Source: Dimorphilus gyrociliatus (lineage: Eukaryota; Animalia; Annelida). Taken from it: a DNA stretch of 64,000 nucleotides. Positions 54,201 to 64,000 of the stretch are shown here, piece after piece. The stretch lies in assembly GCA_904063045.1 (NCBI GenBank), contig CAJFCJ010000012.1, positions 1,798,001 through 1,862,000 on the forward strand. The letters are read 5' to 3'. Made by a program: the position numbers and the translations under genes. The stretch's first letter is position 1, and every line of letters starts with the position of its first letter. The notes beneath the pieces are model-generated. The model searched no databases and was not told where the DNA came from. It saw only the letters and a list, made by a program, of their open reading frames with translations.

Positions 54201-56112
54201 TTGAAGAGGATAGAGATCTTTACGTAAATTCTATATCAGGCTCCAAAAAATATGGGCCAAGATGGAGAAAACGTTTCTCGTCTTCGGCAGGTTCTGGAAG
54301 AAGTAGAGAATCAACCGATGATGATAATAAAATTAATAATGAAAATAATAATAATAATAACAATAATAACAAGAAATTCTTTAATTTCTTCAAAAGGCAA
54401 AGGTCTGTTGGAGATCAAAGATCGAGGATGAATAGTTTAAGGAATAGCGTTGAAGGAGATTTTCAAGTATTCAGAAGGAAATCAATTTGTAAAGATTCGG
54501 AAAATCAAATTGATATTATCTCTTCCAATGAACTTAAGAGATTCTCTACACAGTCGGATGAGAAAACGGATAGTTTAAGGAGTAACGATTTCGTTGTTGT
54601 TCAAGATACGGACATTGAACAACAATTGATTATACCAGTCTTCCAAGGAAAAGAAATTGAAGGTTTGGACGAGAATCTTTGCAGTTCAGGCTTATCGGCT
54701 GTAACTGTTAAAAATGGCTTAACTCAGAATAAGCAACATTGTCATAGTGAAGATCGTCTCGAAGACAGACTTTCCTACGTAAATATACTAAGACCAGAAT
54801 TATCATTACACTATCTCCCAGAGACATTTAATAAGGAATTAGCTACAGATCTAATTAAAAGATCGTCAATAGTAAACCAGGAAAAATGTATGATCAGTCT
54901 AAATACAACAAGGTTACCGGTTGAAGAGAAATTCAACATTACTGATAATGAAACTGATGAAAAAGTTTTAAGCGTTATCAACTTGGAAAGTGAAGAAAAT
55001 ACTGAAAACGAATCAAGAAGCTCCAAGCGTCTATCGTTACGTTTAATTCGTAAAACCATTGAAACTCTCTATGAGAATAGTAGCGAAACTAGTAATAACA
55101 ATAACAATAATAATAACAACAATAAAGATAAGGAGGTTAATTTTCTTTAGACTCTCTTTTAGTACACTTTTACAATTGTTTTTTCTTGTTATATCTAGAA
55201 AGAGAAGGATGATAAGATTCTTTGTAATCTCCTTCCAGCTTATCAGCCTATTCACGTACGTGCAAGATTGTACAGGAACTTTGGTAAACCATTATACGAC
55301 GATGAAATTACTGGAAAATTTGAAGATAATAGCGAAATTTCTCAACACTGCAACGAAAATAATCCTTACGGAATAAGATTAAGCTTGGAAGATTTTCAAC
55401 AAACTTATGATACTGATAATGTTGGAACTGTTCAGCCAGTGTTTAAGGGTCAAAAATTAGAGATTGACTCTCTTACAGCGGGATTAGCTCTTGGGGTGAT
55501 AAGCTACAAAGATTTTAATCATTCGCAAACTCCTTACGCAACAGTTGAGAGAATTTCACATACAAATCTCCATAAACCAGGTTTTCTTATGCAATATCAT
55601 TCTATGATCATCTATGATGTTTTATCTTTCATCATGAATTATTAGATTTATCAGCAAATGTCGACTCGGGAAAAGATTTGGCAATAGTTCTTCAGAGAAT
55701 CGAGGCGGCCGCTGCCGGATATAAAAAGTTACTAGTTCAAGCAGGACTTTATAGGAAAACACTATACGACAATCGAATGTCGTTGGACGACCGACGAAAG
55801 GAATCGTTGGAAAATGGCCAGAATAACGACGATAAAGATGCTAACAAACTGAAGAGTAACGAAGAAATGCGTAGATTTTCTGATATAACACCACTAATTG
55901 AAAGTGCAAAGAGAACGTTAGATTTAGCAAAAGTTACAGATCAATCTATAAGTAACATGGTACAAAAGAATTCAAAATTAAGACAAAAATACCTAAAAGA
56001 CGATTCTAGTAGTGACGAAGGAAAAACAAAGAAGATCACTATTTTTAACAGTATCGACGAAAAGAATACTATAGGTAAACAAGAAAAGTCATCATCAATT
56101 AAAGATAAATAA
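51262..56112 (+). CDS. Large low-complexity protein with an FSIP2-like N-terminal domain; exact start uncertain
   Basis: Spliced TEDPLMKVLPPDYRPLSDPYVG/NFYKSGRNRKRLLHLGSISANNRAMCTPKDYRRFFEYM aligns by eye with the FSIP2 N-terminal motif (..Y.SLHDPHL..YY......RL...G.IT.NNKV.C). ORFs 51965, 52432, 53222, 55268 and 55678 appear to be exons of this gene; the joins at 51727-51965, 55134 and 55581 were checked in frame. Confidence 0.65.
54344..54369 (+). repeat. (AAT)n coding microsatellite giving a poly-Asn tract
   Basis: ENNNNNNNNNKK in ORF 53222-55150; a second poly-N tract lies near 55095-55123. Confidence 0.85.
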
Positions 56113-56269
56113 TAACTATTCTTACTATTATTATGATTATAAACTTAACTACTTAACAATATTAATAAATTAATAAATCTTTATTAACGATAAACATAAA
56201 TATATTCTTTTCCTTTACCTTAAAATAACAATAGTTTGTCAAAGGAAGGAAGAAATTTTTATATTTAGT

Positions 56270-58958
56270 TTATGTAAAAGTTTTTGTATATTTAGACATA
56301 GTTTCAGGTTTAATATGATCATTTAATAAATCGCTAATGAATGAATTTGATTTAATGATGTTTGTACTCAGAATTATAGGCTGAATATTAGCTGCTGAAA
56401 TAGTTTCGACTAAAGATTTTACTTCTTGTATAGTTATACCACCAAGTACACAAAAGATAAGGATAGGTTGATCCCCTGGCCGAGCTTTAGTAGCACCAGT
56501 TAAAAACCTATAATAGATAATATATAAAGTCAATTTTAATTAAAATATCTTATATTAACTTACCCAAAACCTGTTCTTAATAATTGCCTAAATCCAGTAG
56601 CGTGATGAGAAATATCAGTTAATTCTGGTTTATTATTATCTGTAATTGATTTGGCAATATTTTGTAAGACACTGGTAGCCGCTGATGGTATCATAGATTT
56701 TTCTCTTAATAAAACAAATTGAAGATAATACACAAGATTAGAACTATTTTATAATAGATTAAGTAAAATTCTATTACCTATATTGTCCAAAATAATTTCT
56801 AAAAGAGGAAATGGCTTTTAACTTATCAAATAAGTCTGATAGAACTTTATATTGATCTCCTTTTGTTTTCTTAATAACTATAATAATAATTAAAGTAATA
56901 ACATATACATTATATATTAAATTCTGTATATATGCTTACTTAATTTCTTTGTTATTGCCGGTAGATTATCTTCCTTAGTATTTTTAATTAATTCTAATAG
57001 AGATAATTTTATATCTCTTTCAAAATTTCCGCATTTTTCGTCATCGCAATTGTATGCGGAATAGGCGAATGTTAATAAACTTAGATAGTCATCCGTTGTA
57101 TAAATTCTATCTTCTTCATCCCTTTTCAAATCGGCTTTTAACGAATCGTTTACTTGCGATAAGGCTGACGACGGCTCCTCAGCCATTAATATCCCTTTTT
57201 CAGCGGCAAGTAATTGTTTCCTTTTATGTTCTGTATTTAATGCATCAATTACACTTTGAGCTATCTGCAATACTCCAGATTCGGATTTCATAGTTTCTAT
57301 CTTTTTACTAAAAGAAAATTAAAGAACTTATAATAAATCATTTAAATCAATAAAGAAATAATCGATTACTGGAATAGATTTAAAATTGATTTTAATTCTT
57401 CCACTCCTATTCTTGATACCTTTGGAGGTTTAGATAAAAGATTTTCTTTCGATGCAGATTCGATTAAATTCCTTAGAACAGCTGTTAAAGCGTCGTCATA
57501 TTTCGAATACGCCATTTGCTTTAATAACGTTTTGCTTCGATTACACTGAGGTTGAGATAAACAACCTGGAGCAAGTGTATATTTGCAGGATCTTTAATAA
57601 TAATAATAGTAAAAGTAAAATTAAATATCAATCGCCACTATAAATCATTTATAAGGAAAAACAAGTAATACTTACGCATGTAAACCACTTAAGTAAGACA
57701 TATCAGTTTCAACATCAACTAAATGATCTTCCAATGGTTTTAGAACGTTTAAACAATAATCTAATAAATTGTCTTGTCGATGACCAGCTGCACTAAGAAT
57801 ATCAGCCGTCCTATCGACAATGAGCATTGAGGCTTTTAATTGTTGATTATTCTAATAGATAAACATACTTATACATAATCTATACGTAAATGTATATTAT
57901 AAAAAACAAACTTTTCTCCTCTGCCTAGCCGATTGTAGAGATGCCAATTCAGACGCAACAGCTTTCGATGTAAATCCCATTGAATATATATCTTCACATA
58001 TCCCTAATTGTTGTAATAAACTATCAATTGCCGTTACCAATAGCTTTTCAAAAGAAAAAATATGAAATAAAATAAAAAATAGGACAAATCTTGTTAAAAA
58101 ATAAATAAAATACTTTATATTGCAGTTGACCTTCTTTCATTAAATGTGTAAAATCTAAATCGGTAATTTTCATATCATTCTGTAATAAAATAAATGTTTT
58201 ACAAAATAATTAAAAAGGGAAATTTCTTTAAGAAAAAGTAAAGACCTTTGGATTTGCTTGTGCTTTAATTAGTTCTTCTAATTCATTCGATAAAAGCGGC
58301 ATAAAGTTACCATCTTGCGGAAGAATAACTAATTCTGGTAGAATGTTACAAAAAGCAAATGGAATATACATAACTTCTACTGTATAATTCTGTTAATAAA
58401 AAGATAATTAAAGGATTATTATATAAATAATTTTTATATATTTGTACCATATTTCCCATCCAATCGCATAGGGTTGTCTCCATTTCAGTGAAAGATCTAT
58501 TTTCGTTTGCCTCTCCTATTCCGTAATTAAAAGTTGTGTGCATAGCTGGAGGTATTGCACTTATAAGAATAATGTATTGGAAATTGCTACATTGAATGAT
58601 ATTTCTTAATGTTCTGCTTATTTCCCCTTCAATTAAGGACGATAAAATGAAAACTGCTTTTTGGTATTCTTGACTAGAACTCTGTAAGTATTTTGTAAGT
58701 TTAAGGCAATTTGATCAACTTTGATGAAGAAAATTAAGTGATAGTAATTCATCTCTTTTTTAAACTTACCTCAGACATATTAAATTGTTTAACTTCGGCA
58801 GCGCCGTTTTGATAAAGCATATCAATACCTCCGCACCAATGCAAACTTTCTATACTAGGAGCGTCTAAATAGACACTCGCTCGTTTAACTTCGCGACAAA
58901 CAAGCCGCCATGCATCTCTACATTTATCAAAGATACTAATTTTCTCTTGTGGTGGCAT
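56270..58958 (-). CDS. SCFD2: Sec1 family domain-containing protein 2
   Basis: AWRLVCREVKRASVYLDAPSIESLHWCGG, ETTLCDWMGNM, and C-terminal PGDQPILIFCVLGGITIQEVK...IILSTNIIK. Confidence 0.88.
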
Positions 58959-59306
58959 TGTCGTCTAATAATAAGATTATTATTAACGTCAACGTGTTAT
59001 TATTGTAGTAATGGAAACTGGTGATTATATGAAAAATAGTGAAAATAGACTGGTTCCCAATCCAAAAACAAGGTTTTTAGTTTTTTAAAAACTTTTATTT
59101 TGTATCAATATCACTCTTTTGATTGGTTTTAAAAGAGAGTATACATGTTAATATAATTAAAAATAGTTTATGAGGAAAAAGCTTAAAAAAAAGTGATCCC
59201 TGTTAAAAATTTCTTTTACTTCTAAAATCACCAGGAAGAAATAGAAACGAAAACATAGGAATATGTTTTATTTTTATTATTGCATAATGAACAGATTGTA
59301 TATTTT

Positions 59307-61373
59307 TTAATCATAAATATGGCCAGATTGAAAAGCTTTGACGATTTCTTCAAGAGTTGTAGCTGTACCAACAGCAAATCCAAATAAACCGAATGCTATT
59401 ATCAGAATATTTTTAATGAGTTTCCATCGAAAATATCCTAAATCATTGGGCCAGTTTACGATACAGTCAACAATCGGAGGAAATATTAAAGCGATACTTG
59501 AACTACTAAATGCTCCAATTAAAGATATTAATAGATTTAATTGGGGTAGTACAGCAGCAGCGACAACTGTATGAATAATTTTATAAACATTAACAAACGT
59601 AGTTGAGAAATAGAATAATAGTAATAACGTACAAGTTGAAAGGACAACTATGGTTTTGAATAGATATCTGCACCATCTTAACTTCAACCTCGAATAATTT
59701 CTATTAAAGAAGAATGAAAATATTGTTTTCAATTATCATAAAAATTCTTTAAAAGTTAGAAGAAAGAGAGATGAGGGAGAGAGATAGTTACCTTTTTTCC
59801 AATTTTTTCCTAAAATAAGGCCAAATTATATTGATTGGTACAAGAAATTGCAATCCGTATGATAGAAATATAGCTAAAGCTATTAAGATTTGAATACAGT
59901 TGTATTGCCTATTTAGTATTAAGAAAAGTTGAATAATTAGTGATGATTCAATAAACTATACGAAAAATAATATTAACCATTGATTCGATGGAAGATTTAA
60001 AGTTATACTGCCTTTTACTTTCTTACCAACCTTCAGAAAGCCAAAAAATCCGACTGCTGTATATAATGCAGTTACAATAAACATTCCTGTGTTCAATACT
60101 CCGTTCCAAGCGTTAAATCGATGCTTATATTTCATTTTATTTTCAATTGGCATAACTAAACCAATTCCTTCAAATGCGTAAATAGCTAGGCCAAAGAATA
60201 ATGGTAAAGTTGACCAACTTTCGAAAGCGGGATAGTCTGAAACGTCTGGCAGATCATATGTACTGTAGACTAGAACACCAATTAAACCGGCCATTGTTGA
60301 AACATTAGCAATCGTTGAAAAATATGAAAGATTTCTTAAGCCACCAATAAATGTATAAGGAATTAATACTAGAGTTACCAATATTTCATAAACTCTAATA
60401 TTAATTGAAATATCTGGATGATAAGCTTTAACTACAATTTCCAGAGTTCTTGATATAAAAAGTATATAAACAATACAAAAGCCAAATTGCGTTATACATA
60501 AGAAAGTATCAACAATTAATCTAAAATAATGAATATAAGAGAATATTTACATATGCAAATGAGATATATACTTAATTGCTCTGGCAAATCTTTGAAATTT
60601 AACTGGACCCTGTCTAAAAGCTTCTTCTACTACTCTACTGTAGCCCAAATTTTCACCATCGCTAAACAGCAATATTAATTAATATTTAAATTACTTTAAT
60701 AAGTTATTCAATGCTTACGGATCTTTTAATTTTCTTGCAGCATTTATTAATAAATGCATACAATGCGTTGCTACTAAACCAAGTATTGGAATTAATACAA
60801 ATCCAACCTAATTTCAATTCATGAGTAATTAAGTATTTATATATATATATATATATATATATGTCTATAGACATTCATTTAAATAGAATACTTACCCAAA
60901 TTCCTGAATAGCTAAGTGCAGCTGGCATAGCTAATATTCCAGTGCCTATATTTCCTTTAAGGAGATGCATAAGAGATTGTGTCCCGCTATGATTGAATAG
61001 TATTTATAACTAATTTTTAATATCCATTACAATCTTAATAAAAATTAAGTCTTTGGTTCTACAGATGGGCTGAATAATCATTTTTATAGAAATGCTATAT
61101 CTATATTTAGAAATTTTTCAACTTTATATAAATAGATTAATTGTTATATATTAGTATGTTTTAATTGTTTATTTTTTTTATATTTGCTTATATACAATTA
61201 ATTGAATAATTAACTTACGTCGTGGTTGTCCGTGGTTTACTTTGTAGACTATACAGCTCAGTTTCTGCACTGTCTAAACCGGTTTCGTTAGAAATGGTTT
61301 CATCTCCAGTCTCTTCAACTGATCTTGGTGAATAATGAGCATTACCCAAGAGCGCATCAGTTTCAGTTGCCAT
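59307..61373 (-). CDS. Proton-coupled amino acid transporter (SLC36/PAT family)
   Basis: QSLMHLLKGNIGTGILAMP, LFFGLAIYAFEGIGLVMPIENKMK, VKGSITLNLP, LISLIGAFSSSSIALIFPP. The N-terminus contains ETDALL. Confidence 0.92.
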
Positions 61374-61936
61374 TTTTTAGTCAATAGCTATCACAGAATT
61401 ATTAACTATGATGTAATCTATAACTGCAGTTACAAATTATTAATTAACTATCTTCAAATGAGTATTTCATCTAACAAAAACCCATCGAGTGAAAGTTAAC
61501 TTCTAAAGTCACATGATTTATCTCGGATTATTTATATTCCTCAGACGATTTTAGCAGACGATATTTTTTCAAAATACTCTTACCTTGTTAAATCTTCGTT
61601 TAAATCATACTTCTCGTAAAAACTAAAATTATTTTTCCAAAATATAATATTTATACTATATATAAAAATATTGTATTACGTAAATCTTGCAGATCAATGT
61701 CACAGTACTGCTCAAGGTCACCTTAGCAGACGACGTATAATATTGACATTATTTTTCAACCGTTTTTTTTATTCTAATACAAATTTTACTCTCTAACAAA
61801 CAGTTCATTTAGAATTATGGAAATTTAGTTTGAGAGCTATTTATCATATAGATAATTAGCATTTGCAATAGTCTATTAGTATCAAAGTATCCTTAGATTT
61901 GAAGAACGATAATTGATATAAAATATAGAGAGCAAA

Positions 61937-63407
61937 ATGAATATTATCACTAAAAGTAACTTGTTAAAGTTACAATGTAACTTTATTAAACAAGGGTTAG
62001 TTTCATTTCACGGGACAAGTCAAAAGTCTGCGATTGAAATAAAAGTTGATTATAAGATGAAAAATAAAGAAGGTATGATTGAAAACAAATCGGAAATGAT
62101 ATCAAAAGAAGATGAAACTGTTCAGAAAACATTTCATGGTCTTATAAAAGGCGAGCGTTCAAGCTTAGCTAAAAGTATAACAATGTGTGAATCAGTTCAT
62201 CCAAAAAAAAAGGCTCAAGCTCAAGTTTTGCTTGCCGAAGTTCTCGAATACAATAAGAAAAAGGGTAGAAAACGAAACGCCAAGAGTAACGCCCTACGTA
62301 ATAAACTGACTATATTATAATATACTTTTAAATATCTTTTCCTTTGAATAGCAATGACGAAACACGCATCCTTAAAACATGGAACATTTAGAATTGGTAA
62401 TAAATTTTAATCTTTATATTAAAATCACTATTTCAAACTTAATTTCGAAAAACAGGTCTCTCTGGACCTCCAGGTGCGGGAAAAAGTACTTTTATCGAGG
62501 CATTTGGTAAATTCTTAACTGAACGAAAGCATAAAGTTGCCGTCTTAGCCGTTGATCCTAGTTCAAGTACTACAGGAGGTAGAAAGTTTTAACTTTTCAT
62601 ATATTTTGAACACTTAAGCTTATTTATATTAAAATATTAAGGTTCTTTATTGGGAGACAAAACGCGTATGCCTGAATTATCGGTTGACGCTAACGCTTAT
62701 ATCAGACCTTCACCATCCTCCGGAACACTTGGTGGAGTTACAAGATCTACAAACGAGGCAATTGTTCTCTGCGAAGGAGCAGGTTACGATACTATTCTTG
62801 TTGAGACAGTTGGTAAGGTTGTTTTACTAATCAATAGAATAATTTATATTTTCAATGTGTTCTTCTATTCAAACTTATAGGAGTTGGACAATCCGAGTTC
62901 GCAGTTGCTGATATGGTTGATCTATTCGTTCTCATTCTACCACCAGCAGGTGGAGATGAACTTCAAGGCATTAAGAAGGGTATAGTTGAAGTTGCTGATT
63001 TAATTGTTATAAACAAATCCGATGGAGATTTAGTAGCGGCGGCAAGAAGAATCCAAATGGAGTATATATCTGCACTGAAATTTATAAGACGAAGAAGCAA
63101 AGTATGGAAACCAAAAGTAAGAAGAATTTCATCAAAAACTAAAGAAGGTATTGAAGATCTTTGGGAAAAGATGAAAGAATATAGGAATCTCTCGCTAGAA
63201 AGCGGTGAACTGGAAACGAAAAGAATGAATCAACAAAAGATTTGGATGTGGAGTCATATAAAACATGAGATTATTGATATATTTAAAAACCATTCTCATG
63301 TAAAAGACAAAGTAGATACTTTGGAAAAAGAGGTCTCGTTGGGTAATATTACTCCTGGTTACGCAGCTGATACTCTGCTTAGTTTATTCAAGAGCAAGAA
63401 ACTCTAG
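61937..63407 (+). CDS. MMAA: Methylmalonic aciduria type A protein (MeaB-type GTPase)
   Basis: [16 protein letters not shown]-loop [55 protein letters not shown]. Confidence 0.96.
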
Positions 63408-63551
63408 AACAGTTTAAAGAACGATTAGGCATATAAATTATTAATTAACTGTTAATTTGTATTTTATTTGAAAAGAATAACATTGAAAAATGATTAAATA
63501 TTTTTTCGGAATTAAGATTAAAAGGTCTTTTCCTTGAATTTGAATAATATA

Positions 63552-64000
63552 TTATTTTATTGAGAATGGAGATGATACCGTTGGAGAGATAGGAACAGAG
63601 GAGGAGGTGGACGAAGAAGAAAAGGGAAATGTAGAGGATAAAATATTACTACTATTTATTATTTCTTTTACATCTGTTTTCGTATTCGAAACCCTTTTTT
63701 GTTGCATTCTTTTAATGATTATTCTATTTACCAAACAAAATATAATAGAAGAGGTAAACAAACATCCAAAGATTGTTAATTGTCCCAATAGACTTATTTT
63801 CATCTCTTTTCTTCTATTTCGATATTCGAAATCGTCTCCGAAACAATTATAATGAGGTTTTGAAGGTTTTGGATTATTGCATTTTCTAGTTCGAAAGCTC
63901 TTCCCTTTAATGTTTGAATCGAAATTCCAGTTAGACCAGCTACTCCATTCTCCAATAAGCGGTCTCCAGCAAAGTGTTTGATGCTTCTCCTCGCAATCGG
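63552..64000 (-). CDS. 3' end of a type I membrane protein: possible C-type-lectin C-terminus, thrombospondin type-1 repeat, TM helix and Ser-rich tail
   Basis: Open frame from the window edge: DCEEKHQTLC, GEWSSWSNW...RTRKCNNPKP...CFG, TM LTIFGCLFTSSIIFCLV, stop at 63552. Confidence 0.7.
   Translation of the reverse strand, partial: DCEEKHQTLCWRPLIGEWSSWSNWNFDSNIKGKSFRTRKCNNPKPSKPHYNCFGDDFEYRNRRKEMKISLLGQLTIFGCLFTSSIIFCLVNRIIIKRMQQKRVSNTKTDVKEIINSSNILSSTFPFSSSSTSSSVPISPTVSSPFSIK

Noticed and set aside
61887-61895. GTATCCTTA resembles a U12-type 5' splice site upstream of MMAA
   Set aside because: No TCCTTAAC branch point downstream and only about 40 nt to the next AG.

Overview
AT-rich, gene-dense animal (eukaryotic) genomic DNA with mostly 55-70 bp GT-AG introns. 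The style suggests a compact invertebrate genome, possibly a lophotrochozoan such as a meiofaunal annelid; this is inference only. I assembled about 25 spliced protein-coding genes by hand. Recognisable genes are LYRM7, KHK, SRA1, RPS8, STIM, GMPR (with an antisense SDR gene nested in one intron), YIPF5, RPL9, EXOC4, a GlyT-like SLC6, an RDH11-14-like SDR, VPS50, MTERF3, a divergent CDC50, an FSIP2-like gene, SCFD2, SLC36 and MMAA. The rest are orphans or partial genes. I saw no tRNA, rRNA, CRISPR array or transposase. The strongest non-coding signals are two snoRNAs in RPS8 introns: a C/D snoRNA with the SNORD46/snR63 guide, and an H/ACA snoRNA whose two pockets both pair with 18S rRNA. Other candidates are a 457-aa orphan made of about 12 degenerate repeats, two unexplained structured-RNA elements, a D-box/cyclin-motif orphan, splice anomalies, and recurring CTCF-like and CLEAR-like motifs. 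Exon joins were done by eye. Family calls and rRNA target sequences come from memory of conserved sequences; no database search was run.
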